64,000 bases of DNA, taken from positions 5,964,202 through 6,028,201 of the forward strand of contig CM082588.2 in assembly GCA_040954595.2 (NCBI GenBank), in the 5' to 3' direction. The notes beneath the pieces were generated by a model. The model saw only the letters and a list, made by a program, of their open reading frames with translations, made no database searches and was not told the DNA's origin. Source of the DNA: Balanoglossus misakiensis (taxonomy: Eukaryota; Animalia; Hemichordata). Positions 13,701 through 28,021 of the stretch are shown in pieces; position 1 is the first letter of the stretch, and each line of letters begins with the position of its first letter. The translations under genes and the position numbers were made by a program.

Positions 13701-16700
13701 TTTTTTTTCCCCTAAAAGTCATCTTTACCCGCGGGAGTGCCACTGACGGACGAGAAAGGCAATCGCTGTCACGTGACACCGGGCGCGCGCGCCGTCCGGT
13801 GAAATCTCCTCACTCTCTGTCATTGTTTTGTGTGATTGACTTACGTTGCCATAGAGACGCTGAAAAGAATGGATGTTTCCGCGATAAGATGGAAGGGTGA
13901 TATGACTGACACCGGAGGAGGCAATTGTGATGAAATCCCTCATCTTTTCCATGTGGAATAGGGATTTCTTTCCACGGCTTGTGCTGGCGTGTTATTGTTT
14001 GGCTGTGACTAATTCTGTATTATCTCAATTTGAAACACTTGATATGATATTTCTGAAGGTCTCAACGTGTGTAGGGAAAAATCCGCTTGGAACCCGAAGG
14101 CGGGACCTACGGTCGATCGAAGAAACGAGGGAAAGTCACACACGCTCTGTGAGCCAATCAGGACAAATCTTAAATATTTAACGAGCGCGCGTCCATGATA
14201 TCTGGCGCGCCGCGACAGGTTTCATGACAGGTTCGTCAAGTTTGCCGATTGTGTATTTTCTACACCCTGGTGATTTATCATCCGGGCATCCCATTTGTAT
14301 CATGCAGGCTATCCTATCACGTTGTCAGACCGTGCATTTTCTGGGAATTTCATTTCTCTCTCACTCGGCATGAATACAAATTAATGCGATATTTTCAAAG
14401 TTTGACGCCGTATTCAAATGAGTTGTGCATTATGATATGTTTGTTTCATTCGGCAATAATACAAGGTTGCCAGCAGCTTTGCCTTAATTTCTAAATCTGG
14501 CGTGCGTAAGCCATATTAAGGGTATTAATATTAGAATTATCCCCCTGGTGACAAAATTATGGGTCGACGATTTGCTGCATGCGTGTGTCTTGATGATGGA
14601 AAAAAATACCAACATACACAAGTACCTACCTATGGTTAGAAATAAGGGGTACTCTTCCATGCTTTGTGAGAAAAAGACAGCGTTTTCGACGAATCGCAGC
14701 GTCCGTTACAGAACTCTAAACTGAGGGGCTCACATGCCACCAAACCGCCTGACGATGGACAAGATAACGAGACAGGTGACTTGTCAGTATTTAAGGGTGG
14801 AAAACGCCCAATGGTTTCGTTCCTACAGGCAGCTGGGTAAAAGCTCTCGCGTACGAGCGACCATTTGTTTTGGCTTCGAGACTGGCAAATAATTCCAACA
14901 GAATCCAAGTAGACTGTAATTGTGGATGTGAATCGCAGCACACAATCTGACGGCTCCGCATTGCGATGGTCCTCGCATGAATTCGTGTAATTTTCGGGAG
15001 TCCTTCGTGGAAACAATCAACCCGTACAATCCCTGTCCACATCGAGCGACCACTTTTGCTTCACGCCTTTTTTCGTGAAGGGTACATTTCCACATCTTAG
15101 CAACTTTTCAAAAAAAAATACGTACAGCTTTCTCCAAATTTCGGGCACTGGTAGACAGCGCGCAGGGGATCCTCCGCGTCTCCGCGTTCGCGCTCGGCGT
15201 CCGCCGTCGAGCGCCATTCAGACGCTAGCGTTTCTCCGCCGCTACAAACATCAGCCGACTACCTCACTCAGTCCGTTACATATGGAACGCGAATCTAGCA
15301 TCGCTGTTGTTTTATTTATAAAGCAGTATTTACATTTCTATCAATTGGATCTAGTATATTACTGTTGATTTCAAATTCCCCTTCTCTTTCTTTCAAATTT
15401 TACTGTCGTTTGGTGATTCTATTTGCAAGATAATGATCGTGGCCGGCAATCGAGGTCAGGGGTCGGGCTGAGTTTCGTGATGCACATTTCAAACACCCAA
15501 GTCATGGAGGCTTTGCAAATAGCCCATGAAAATTTCATGATTTTTTCTTACAGAACGGTCAACTTTAATTCTAACGCGACGCTCTTGTAATGCAAATGAA
15601 GTACAGATTGTATTCAATGCACTAGTTTTGTGTTTATATATTTTTGTTATCAGACAATGCGCAAAAATACAAAGAAATTTTCCTTAGATTTTCCAGTATC
15701 GAAAGCCGATTATTTTTTTTTAAATTTAAAACAATGTTGTCAGTTGGTGAAGTGCTAGACAGTTTCTCGATACTGTAACAGTGTTACATGTAAAATAGTT
15801 TTATTGCTGTTTTTTCTTACTTCATGGACCTTCGTTTTTTTCAAAAATCTCGCTAGAGTGAGTGTATTTTCATAGTCACCTCACGGCAACGTCAGGTTTA
15901 GCGAACATCGCCATAGTTCAAACTGGCCGTCTGAAAAAAACATAGCCCCGGGGAATCGAGCGGAGAAAAGTCACCCCGTTCAACTTGAAGTGCGCCGCGC
16001 CAAACGATCGATACAGCCAAAAACAGTGTGAGGTATTCTTACTCACAAAGTGATATCGCTCACATTGTGGTAAATTTCCTTGGCGGGGATATTTTGGCCA
16101 TCTCGGCGAATTCGTGAAGTGTCTAATGTCTGTGCAGTTGATGAAATATTGGGCTTTGTGTGGCGTTGCTATCGAAATCGCGACTGTTGTCTTGGCGACA
16201 AGGCGCGCTCGCTTGATGGTTAATTTCAGACATTTATATAAAAGATTACGGCGCCTCGTCAGAAGTATGAACACCGGTGGAATACTGTACCGCGCATATA
16301 TCACTCTCCCAGGAAACGTTTATTTAGAATGATAAAAATTATCAAGTGGCTCGAAATTGGACATGGGAGAACTGGTCTAAGTACGGCGCTGCAGCCCTAT
16401 ATCGCTGGCATTAATTTATTCTTCATTTTGGAGACGTATTTGCGGAGATGAAATGAAGTATGCTTGTAAATTTCAGCGATTAAGGACGGGGTCGCGCCCC
16501 CCGTCGGCTGAAAGATGTGAAATTTTGTTAAATTTCTATACGACGTCTGAAAGGCGTTCGAACGTCAATGAGCGAATCCTTTATTCGGCTGTTGTAGAGG
16601 GGATGGGGATTTGCTAACGATGCTGTATGCGTCGAGAAGACGTGAGACGGGGTCTCCGCAATTAGTTTCACGGGCGAGAACACTGCCTTTTTGTTCCTCC

Positions 16701-17440
16701 TCGCCGGATTAATCATATCTTTTGTCACATCAAGATAACTCGGCGAGGAGAGAACTGAAGCGAAATAAAAGGGACGAGCTTCTTTGATTTTTTTTTCTCT
16801 CTCTTCCCACTGGAGTGAATGGTGATGCTATCGATTCGGGGTTCTGAGGGACAAGAAGACAGGTATTTCACCAAATGACGAGGAGTCCGCCTCTTTTTGT
16901 CTCCTTCACGCAACTCGCTAAAAAAATAATAAACAGAGTCACGTGGGCTTTTCTCAACACTAGCAACTGCTTTAAAGGTCACGTGACACCATCGTGAAAG
17001 GAGGTGTGTGCATATTAATGAATTATTCCCGATGGGATATCATTATTGCTTGGAGTATATTTCCAGGAAGAAAAAACTACTTCATGTTTAACATCAAGTA
17101 TCAAGGCCGCGTGAGCAGTATGATTTTTATTTTAGTCCAAAGCATCTATCCACGCCTCTTATTTTTCCCCTTAATTACAGTTCTGTGTGTATGCCGGACG
17201 CTTTTGAGTGAATGAGGCATCATTTGTGCATGTATGTGAATTTCAAGTCAGCCGATTTCCATTTGAAATTTCTGGATTCAGAACCACCAGAAAATCTGTC
17301 GATTTCCACACTTCTAAGTTAGATAATAGAATTTGCAGGAATCAAAAATCCCGAGTAATGAAATTGTAGGTAAAGAAGAGACGGAATGTGTTTTGCTCTT
17401 GTTTTCAAAGTCTCAATTTGTCCTGACGAAGCGATAGATT

Positions 17441-17951
17441 TTCTTTCCGCGGCTTCTGCAGTGACCCGTGCTAGGAACACACTTCCTGGCACAAGGAAAT
17501 CTTGATTTGCAGTCGTTAAGACTCGAAATTGACACGGAACTGAAAATGAGCAATGTGTGATAAAGATCAGATGTTGAAGAAAGAGATGGATAACAAGCAT
17601 TCCTCTGGGAGAGAATGATCGACCCAGATGAAATGTGTCATCGTGTCGTTTTCACATCAAAGTTAAAGAGCGTGGTTGGATTTGAAATGAACTCAGGGAC
17701 GCAACATATCAGGCAAAATACAGATGACATGGATAGATTACCGGCGACTACAATAGCGGAGATACACGGCATAGCAGAGCATGAAAGCGTGAAAAATTAT
17801 AACTAGCGTAACAAAGACTGAAATGAAGCAAGGTGGCCATTTCATCAAGGAAAGTATCATTTCCACTGATCGCGTTTCATTACATAAAATGTAATTAATT
17901 TGAAGGCGCGTGGACGCCAATCGGAATTGACGACACCAAGATGTACAAATC
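17441..17951 (+). repeat. ~510-bp repeat, copy A (inverted partner at 28022-28531)
   Basis: Reverse-complement match to 28022-28531 throughout. The ORF track gives an identical 63-aa translation at 17615..17806(+) and 28166..28357(-). Confidence 0.95.
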
Positions 17952-20900
17952 CTGGCAACCAAGCGAATATTATGGGATATTAAGTTCCAGTTGACTGGGT
18001 ATAAAGCGTAAAGTCATGCAAGTTTGGCCAATATTATTTTACAGCGCGTTCTATACGACGTTGGGGTGAAAAGGGTTGTTGACACACTACAAATCACTGA
18101 AAATAATTTCCAGCAAGAATGTTTCAGGAGAACACAACGATCAGTGGTGACAAGCACCCTACGCTTTCATTTTTTTCACCAGGATAGTTGAACTGTGATA
18201 GTTACTTTGGTTTTTTTCTCAACAGAGTTTACACACAAATGTTGATTCATCAAGCCTAATGCCACGTGAGAAAAGAAAAGTTAAAATAAAATACATAAAA
18301 CGAGAAAAGAGATTTTCCCCAAAAATTGCTCATTATGCTCTATGTTTGCTAAGCGCCCCTCCCTTTCCCATTAAGAATGAAGTGCCCCTGGATGGCGGTG
18401 GAGACGTAATTAGACATTGGGTCTGCCTTTTATCTTTATCCTCATCTGGGCACGGAAACACACGAGAGAATTCGTAGCAGCGATTGGGAAAAGATTTCAA
18501 GGCCGAAAATAATGACGCTGGATTCACCTGCACAGGGAGCCTACAGTTTAATCTCCTCCGCGCGGCTCGTCTTCATTCCGCGCGCCGAGTACGCACCGCG
18601 CGCCCATAGTACGGAATTAGCACTGAGACTCGCGTGCAAAAGAATGCATGTATCCTTCGCGACGACAAACCACAAGGGGGTTGAGCTAGTTCAAGTTTTG
18701 GCTGCGGCCTATACGTTCATTGGATGAAACACTTGCCAAAACAAGCTTCCCTTGCAGGCTGCCACTACAGGGAAGACGCGATGAGTGGGACGTCAAGTCA
18801 TTAGGGAATGCCGTAAAACGCCATATTTCCTTGCGCATTTCGCAAATCAGCACAATTAATCTCGGGCTGGTATCTGCATAATCTTTGATCAGGAAGAAAC
18901 AAAACGCACTGCCGGATCTCGTGTGCTAATGAACTGGCGGTTTTCTTTCAAGCGACAATTCGTTGCTGGCCCTTCATTCAACTTATCTTTTAACTGACAC
19001 CTTGTTGATGAGGTCGATTGCCTCTCCACGTTTCCGACATTTTCTTATTAACCTAGAATGGCTCAGTGTAAGCCAATTACGTCATTGTAAAACTATTTCC
19101 CTGGAAAAATGGTCTGACCTCTGACCTCAGTATTTCTGAATGTATATACGTGAGGTGGGGGAGTCTACGAAAAGGAAGAAGACACTGCCTATAGTATAAT
19201 TAAAAATTCGTGGAGGAGAGGGAGGAGAGAGGAAACGAGAGGAAATTACACGTGATGGTACAGTAATGTGTGGAAGGCTATAAACTAGCTGATGAAGACA
19301 ACTTCAACTGGCAATACGTCAATGGGATAACTTAGAAGTTACAGGACTTATCAATTGTTACAGTAAACAGTTCATGTTTCAGGATCATAATTGCATAGCC
19401 GATCGCACACGGCGACATAAAAATGGGGGGGGGGGGGGAGTCCAGGCCCGCTGTTACCCTCTGAAGAAAACTGAAAATGAGGGCGCCACCACCGTTTGCA
19501 CTTTTTGTGAGTGACCGCTTCTCCCCGAAAGAAATATTGTGACAGTCTTTTGCCCCGTGGTTATGGCGCGGTATTCTCGTTCATCAATATTGGCTCTCGC
19601 TTCTCCCCTCGCTGTCGACAAAACAAATACAACCGAGATGAATAGACGGACAAGTGCAATGTGTTTTACATCTTGTCATCCGGGTAAGCAATCAATCGAA
19701 GTTGGACAGTCCTTATCTGTCGGAAGCTCAGATACTCGCAAAAAGGATCTTCTTAAACTTTGGTGTGGTTTATACGACGGATTTTTGGTTTCATGGTTGC
19801 TTTCATCGAAGTACCTGTTAAGTACTATGTTAAGGCAAATAATTCCGCGAATATATTACACATAGGCATACAAACACTGTATAGAAACAAATATTAGTCT
19901 AAACCATATTATATGCAATGATAATACAGGTCACACACTGGTGAACTTTACAACATCCTTTTATAAAGGGATTCCACGAAACATAATGTATACACGTGAC
20001 AGAATCATAACGCAATGTCATCATCTATTGTCCCTTGCATCTGTTGCATTGTCTTTTTATCAGCTAAATTCAGCCAAATAACAAAGCCACGCTGTACATC
20101 ATGGGTGCAGGTCGAAAACAGGTTCTTTCTAACAGCCTAAACGTAGAGAGATGACAAACTATTTTTTGTGTTAAACACGACATATTTATACGACGAGTGC
20201 GAAGTACACCTTCGGATCCAGCTGGTGGCACCGAGGCACCATAGGGCTTATGCTGGAGGCCAAAGTACGCCCCGCCGCAGGCCATGAATATATGGCTGTC
20301 CTGCATACGTTTACTTCACATTTCAGGGTTATATATGACAATAAAAGTTTTAAATTAAAAACGGAAACACCGGAAAACTGGGGTTCACCAGTTTGTATCG
20401 ATGAAACTGAAATTTGGCGAAATCGATACATCCGTGGCATTGCTCAGGTCACATGCGTAGAACAAGACATTGTGAGAAAGTACGGGCGTACTGCACGTCA
20501 GTGTTAGTTAAAAATAAAATTAAGTCTCTTTTATGGCAATATTGGCTAATTTTAAAAGTCGCGTGATTTTCAATGGGGCTTGTAGTCACCACGAGACAAG
20601 AACATTGGCCTGCCCTAGATTTGAACTTCCTTGCTGCTGTTAGTTCTGACCTTGAACGTGACCGAGTTTAAGCTAATCGAGCACGCCTTCCCCGTACGCC
20701 GTTGTCGCCGCGGATGGTTTTATCTCCGCTGTCGGTATCCGCGCTGGCCGTTTCGTTAAAACGCCGCGCACATCTTTCGCCTCGTTATATCCAACATTGG
20801 CGCCCTCCCCTGGTACAGCCGTACACGACCCGTATCCGGCTCGCTCGCCCGTTAACGAGAATCAATGTATCGATCCAATAATCAATCAATCACTATTCAG

Positions 20901-21245
20901 AATGACTGATCATCCACTAGGACAATTAGTAGTTCAATCACACAATCGATCGGTTTTTATTAATAGTTGGATCAGCTGACGACTGGACCAATCAAATCAA
21001 GTTAGTATGGCAGAGTAGCGTGTAGAGTACGGGATATATAACGACGGTTGCAGTTCGATAAACATCGACTCTGCCTTGTTTTATTCAGGTCACAGAGATG
21101 CCTGTTTTTCGGATCGTAATCAGTGAGTTACTTCTTAAATAAAATGACACTTTTTATTACTATTTTAAAGACGTTTTCAATAGGTGATACCTTAATAATT
21201 TTTAAACTTTTATTGCTCGAGATTAGAAATATTTGTAGACGATTA

Positions 21246-21248
<3 letters not shown>

Positions 21249-21291
<43 letters not shown>

Positions 21292-21398
21292 ACAACAACA
21301 ACAACAACAACAACATCTTAATCCTCATATCATCATCATCGTCACCATAATCACAATTATCATTATCACCACAACTAGCACGACCACCACCATCATCA
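21249..21398. repeat. Compound trinucleotide microsatellite (CAT)n(CAA)n with degenerate tail
   Basis: Seen directly. Confidence 0.95.
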
Positions 21399-24300
21399 TA
21401 TCAATTTCATAATATAAAATTGCATTATTTGCTTTTAGATGTAACATTGCTTTCACACAGACAGATATTCTAAGCGAAACTCGAAACGCGTCGAGCATAG
21501 ATACCCTTCTCCCCGCCAACGTTCCAAGGAACAACAGAAGATTGAAATGCCATCCAGGAAAGCATTCTACTCTTTACGTCTGCTGCAATTTGTTGCCATA
21601 ACAACGGTATTAAAATAATCAATGCTAGCAGAGCATCGATCTGGTCAAATTGCGATATGATCCAGAGCATTATCACCTTTTCATTAAAACGCCATGGCAA
21701 CGTAAAATTTACCAAAACCGCCTTTTCAATATTAAACTTATAGAAGATTACCAAGGCTAATAAATATATCACTAGTCTTTGTCACTTTAGGCGCTATTTC
21801 TGCGCCGTTCCGTATCAGCTTTCCACCAAAGCCAGATCTTAGTCTTTCACTCTGAATGAAGTACACAATACACACTCATCAAAATCTCTAAATAAAGCTT
21901 TTTGCAAGAGACAATTCTATTGAGCATAGAGTCTCTACTACAGTTGTGACTCCGCGGTTCAAAAGTCAAACATACATGTACGCGTAATTCCATCGTTCGG
22001 CGCTATCTAGTGATACGTTACGTCTAAATGAAAGACATCGCCGCATTTTTTTCCTTCAGTAAATGAAAATTACACGAAGGTCACTTTGGTTAAGTTCGTG
22101 ATGTTGCCGATGCAATAAAGTTGGAGAGAACGCGCTGACATACTGAACGTTCGGTTCATGAAAGTTCAACGTGATTTTGTGCTCGCGCGTTTAATATTAC
22201 ACGCGGAGAAAAAATGTATTTCATAGCGCGTAACTTAAGACCCCCGTCATTAAAGCACTCCATTCTGGTGTTTGTTCATTTTCGGTTAAGAACGTGCGAA
22301 ATTTGCTGTTCCGGTTTATTTGAACTTTCAGGAGATGGGAGAAAATTGAATTCTGGGGAAATGCAAGTTTTATTATTTACAAGCTAACATCGTTAGCAGC
22401 TCCTTCGCAATCAGTACTGTAAACAATTACCCGGTTTTGGTAACATTGGCCGATCTTCTGGACCGATCGTTACCGATCTGGGTCTTCATATTGGGAGAAC
22501 TTTGCTTCAAAGAATAAACTGTAAATTGAACAGCGCACAAGAACATGTCCTTCAACATACCATGTTAAAGAAAATCACAATGTTGGCCGGAAAGTTTGGC
22601 ATTCTTAGCTGTGCACAACCCGAACGATTCGGCTCCTGGTGTACTCACGTACACAAGCCTGCTGGTGTACAATCATGTATTGCCATGGTGGTCTAATGTA
22701 ACCCGTATAGTGGTAATACGGCTCCCTGACTTACACCATTAACCAATACAATAACACTGGTTTTTTCCGTAATAGAACGCAGAATTGTTACTTTTGTTTA
22801 AATGTCCGCGTTTCTCTTCATCTTAAACGACATTCCTGGTTCAAGTTCCGTGAAACATATTACCGCCGGTGCAAACACGGATGAAAGCTAAAAACCAAGC
22901 TGTAAATTTAACTGGGATTGGCATAGAAAATTGCCTAAAAGGAGAATTTCCGCAGTTTATTTTCGTGATGGACGTTATGATTGTCTGGGGAGTACACTGT
23001 GCAGCCGAGTCTCTTGCAAGGAGCGGTAAGCAGGTGCGGCCGACGGCATGCATGGTACGGCCAACAGCTGAAGATCACCCCGCCCTCAGCGTTTTTCTGT
23101 CACCGGATCCCCAGTTCCCGTTGTTCATCAAATTAAACTAATTCCGCCTTTGTTCGGGCTAATGGAATTAGGCTCTCCCCGCTACAACTTCATTTCTGCC
23201 GATGGTGTTAAGTTACTGGGGGTTCGATTTGACGCAAGCCAGAAAGAGCGCTTTGTTTCGCGATAATAGTCATTTTCGACTCTGATCAGGGAACATGGCC
23301 AGCTTACATTGCAAGCTAGAGTAGTTCTGGCTTGACTTTTTGATTTCTGAAGAGCTGTAACTTTGAATCATTAGCCACCATACAACGATGCACGGTGTTG
23401 CTTTTCCGGGAATCCGTGATGGTGTCACTTTTTGTCACACCCTGTCATTTTATTTCTGTCAAAAACGAACTGAGAAAATGCTATAGTCGAGTAAAATCCA
23501 CTAATTAAGTTTGCGTTTTCGTCTCATTTTTTTTCAAGACACGCAAAATTCTGTCACTTCGGTTCGATTTCTTCCACGCCAATCTTCAATTCGATTCTCT
23601 GCGACCATGCCCTTCGCAGTAGCATTGTTTTACGGGCATTGTACGACGGGTAACGAATACCCCGTATGAGATAATTTCAGCAGCGTCTCCGTCGACTTTT
23701 GCTTTATCGCGTCACGTGCAGGAGGTTGGAACGGATCGCGCGCGAGCTGCGTGTTTCCCCAACAAAAGCGCTCCCTGTTTTCGATTGACACTTTCACGTT
23801 CGCTCGGTTCTTTGGACGAAAATCACCTGACGGAGAATCGCGATGGCATGGCTGTATTCTGTGTGCATTTGCTTTGATTTCTGGTGCTTCAAACAAAAAA
23901 TACCCTACTGTGCACGGCCCTTCTCTGACTTGGATCTAACTCCGTGATTCCGCATGCAAAATAACCTCCGAACTAACAACACCCTCAATGTGTGCCTAAT
24001 GTCCTCATGACTCCATAAAGAAATAACTGTAACAATTTCGCCATAAAAAACGGTGACTATTTAATGCGTACTTTCTAAACGACTTAATGCGCGGCCCCGG
24101 TTATTCATAAATTTCACCCGTTTCAATTTTATACGAACTCCCTTTAATAACATCTGCATGGTGGAAAAGGGGGACCGGTGTGCGTGTCTGCCAACAATTG
24201 GTGCGGAAAATACATGACGTCAGATCAGATGATCATCATAGCCGATTTGCATTTAATTTGTCAAAATGGGCGGGCGGCCACACCAAGGAGTCGAAACTTC

Positions 24301-26811
24301 CCATTGTGTTTCGGGCAACCTCGAAATCCAATATTTTAGGCATTATAAAAGTACCATGCACGTGCCTTTAATAAATCGGACCCTCCAGCCTTTTATTTGT
24401 TTTCCATTATACCCGGATCCCGCGGGCTGTTTATACAGCACCCTTAGTAGATTTAAAGATGGCGGCGGGGCATGCCCCCAGGTGCTAGTCGAAACGCGTG
24501 TTGGCGGCTTTGTTCCCGGGCTGCCCGCTCGACGACACAATCGCATTTTGTCGAAGCAAGAGAGAAGCGTTTCGACAACGCCTTGGGAGTGTTTGACTCG
24601 TGCTTGTCTTGAAAAGGCCGCGAATCGCTCACACTTCCGTTTGTAAGCGTTTAATTCTATGTCTACTGACTGGAATGCTTCGGGAGTACACAGCGTAACA
24701 TTTTGACCAAATAATGCAAACACGTTTTCGTCGGTATATCTTGCACTTTTCGTGCGAGCTGCTCCGCGGGCGTGAACCGCGCACAAAAGAAACGTTTTAA
24801 AAGTTGCAAATGTTATAACCAATAAGACGGTAGCCGTCAGCTACCGGTGCGTTGTAAAAAGAAAAACACGCGATAAAGCTCTCGTTTTTCTGAAAGTTGC
24901 CTTCTGAAACAGCACGATCGGCACTAACCAATCAGGGGACGACTTCCACGAGAACATGGTTTCGATTGCCGTGTTGGTTTTGAAGGGCAGAGGGCGCTAT
25001 CACGGAGATGTGGCAGCAGAACATGCACTTAGTCATTTAATTGCAAAATACGTGTTATTATTAACATGAGTAGGTGTTAACGTATTACGCTTCATATTGT
25101 TGCGAAGTTTCCTTCGATTCCGGGTTTTTAAACTGAACAAATACATTTATATAATTTTTTACATCCTTGTGGCCGAGATCTTCAAATTTACCCCTGATCT
25201 TTCAAATTCGATTGATAGATTTACTTGAGATGTCACATAAGCATTCGAGATGTCCTCGTCATGTTAATTTCAATGACCTGAGAGACAACTCCGTGTGATG
25301 GAAACGCAGCCAGGATTCAAATACCCGGCTCTCGACAACAAGGCAGTTTTCGTATCGCCACCTAAATTCGACTAATCGCTCCAAGGTAATTTAGATGCGC
25401 GATCATGAAATCCGAACTTTCCGATAACAGTTGGATAGGCCGGGAAACGTGATTAAAGAGCGATACCTTCCCCCACTCAGACTATCAGGTGCGCGCGCCG
25501 GCTTTTAAAGGGTTAACAACAAAAATACCGAATCCGAGGAGTCTCGTAGCAACAATGACATTGACTAAAAATGGCTAACCTAATCGACTTGCCACACGCG
25601 GCGACTCACTGAAACTGCGAGTAATAAAAAAAACTGAAAACAGCTTTCGCATTGTGTGATATGTCAATTCTCGGCTAATTTTGAGAGTCTTGGGTGACGT
25701 CACTTTTCAAGCAACGATTTTCCTCATCAATCCGTGTTGAACTACATCAACTTTTGGGAACGAGGGAAAGTTGCTCGTATAGCCAGACAAGTCCGCTTTT
25801 TATGATAACGCCTCTTTTTCTTGTACCAGGGAGTCATAGAAGAAATTCTGTGATTTATTAGACCCTAACGACTTGACCGATTGGATCAAAAGGTATCATA
25901 CACGTACCTCTCTGATTACTTCGACGAAAGCCGCTGTTGTTTAAAAAAACAACAGGAACGATCGAACAAAAGAGAGAGATTTCCAGATTCCCAATAGTTA
26001 TGAGCTACCTAGAAAATAATAAATTACCCTCGTCTAGCAGTGAACTTTATTTTTAATAAGATTTGTTCATAAATCATATTAATGATACAGACATTTCAGA
26101 CTTTATATTAGAAACCCGAGGGATGTAAATAAGGAAAATAAATAGGCGCACAAGGACAAAGATATGGAAAAAAAACATGTATTCTTTCATTAAACCAACA
26201 TGATATTAATTCCCAGGAAGAAAATCAAGACTTCCTGTCAGTTTTAAACTAGAGGGTGTGACACATACGGGGACATGGCGAATGGGGTCAGTGGAACAAT
26301 ATTGTTTCCGTCAACAAAGGGCCCACTGTTTTCACACTCGGTGATTTAGCGGGAAATGTTTTCAAAATGACGGGTCAACTTCTCCTCAGCTGCCCGCCAA
26401 AAATCAGGCGAAGTACGCTGTCTCGTTATTTTAATCAGAGTGGACACAAAGACCGGAGTGCCGGTTCTGCCCGTCGCCATTAATCTAACGTGAAACACGA
26501 AACTGGCAGCAAAACGGAGGGGATGGAGTTGAAATTAATCCAATTACTCACAACAATGGAGAACACCCGATCCAGACTCGTTTTTTTTCGAGACGGTGCT
26601 GGTGTCGTATATCAGAGGCGGGGGAGATCGTGGTGCCCCAGAATTAAGGACTCTCGTCGGACATCGACAAGACATTCAAACGACATGTATACAGGTATAA
26701 GACAGGTGCCAGAATGAGAGGTCACCGAGGTTGACGGCATACAGATGAGATAGACAGATAGGGTATGTACTAGGCCAAAATCGAGGTAGGTAATATGGAT
26801 ACATTGGTAGG

Positions 26812-26963
26812 CGGGTGGGTGGGTCATTTTGGGTGGGCAGATGTGTGGGTGGGTGGGTGGGTGGATGGATGGATGGATGAATGAATGAATGAATGAATGA
26901 ATGAATGAATGAATGAATGAATGAATGAATGAATGAATGAATGAATGAATGAATGAATGAATG
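26812..26963. repeat. Compound tetranucleotide microsatellite (GGGT)n(GGAT)n(GAAT)n
   Basis: Seen directly. Confidence 0.95.
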
Positions 26964-28021
26964 ATGGTATCTCATACACGTATTTGACCACACTCCTGCC
27001 GGGTTCCCTCAGGGATGATTGAAATATTGTTTGCATTGAATTGGGAGTTTTGATGTCGGCAACATCAATTGACGGTATGGAATGGCCATGTCAGTATCTA
27101 ATAATGTAAACTTCATGGTATGATATTGGTAACAGTTAAATTAATCCAGGGATTGATATTCGCCGTAGTAATACGGGAAACTGCAGTAGATGCATGACAA
27201 GAAGTTTCCATGTCATCGATATATAACTCATGGAGCCGAACGGCGTGGCGTACCCCTGCAAGCTGGGGAGATAGAAGCAAGCGCCGAGAAAGTGATATCT
27301 CGTTGGATCCTCGTTCTCACAGCAAGCATCGCACTCTTCATTCTGCGAGAAATAAACTCCAATATAAACGTTTAAGAGATAATATGAGATCACGAACTGT
27401 TTCATCTTACTCACTTTATCGGCACTTGTGATGAGAAAATTACCCGCAGCGCGACAATACGTTTCCATGGCGACGGAGATGGGGGGATACATTTCCATTT
27501 TCTCTGACTGAATCGCGGGCTAATTACTGTCCACGTTCTCTATATTGCAATTTAATGAAACGACATTTTCCAAGTTGTTTCGCGCCAAAAGGAGAAGTCA
27601 CGTGGATAATTTATTCGGGCAATGTTGGCGACACGGGGCGGAAGAGGCGTTCGGATTTTCGTTGTTGTTATTTTATTTGAATACTGGTTTCACAGCGCGT
27701 ACCTCACGCTGGCTTCTTCTGTGACGGACTTGTATTTAATTCTTTGTCGAGAACTTGTCTTCAGGTTTCAAGAAAAAAAATGTGTAATTGATAAAGCTGA
27801 ACAAGTTTTGGTAGTGGTCGTCATCATCATCATCATGACATATAGTGTGAGACATATAGTGTGCTTACAAGTGTATGTATTACACATTTTCTCTCTAAGC
27901 CTTAGATTCTACTGCTTGAACCGCACATATGATTATTCGACAAAAATTCCCTGAAGTGTGAAATGTACACAATTTTCACTCAATCGGAACTACATCATTT
28001 TCATTTCCGTCCCACTTCCTC

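Noticed and set aside
17615-17806. 63-aa ORF identical to 28166..28357(-)
   Set aside because: Identity follows from the recent DNA duplication. There is no recognisable domain or splice context.
24343-24822. 159-aa minus-strand ORF and overlapping 126-aa plus-strand ORF
   Set aside because: No recognisable homology or domain. Such lengths are expected by chance in locally GC-richer DNA.
26676-27036. ORFs with FIHS repeats, and similar poly-His, poly-Ile/Asn and HTYI ORFs at 21.1, 28.4 and 41.3 kb
   Set aside because: These are translations of microsatellites.
17952-28021. Polinton/Maverick or autonomous transposon between the long inverted repeats
   Set aside because: No polB, integrase, ATPase, capsid or transposase ORF or remnant is visible, and no TSD was found.
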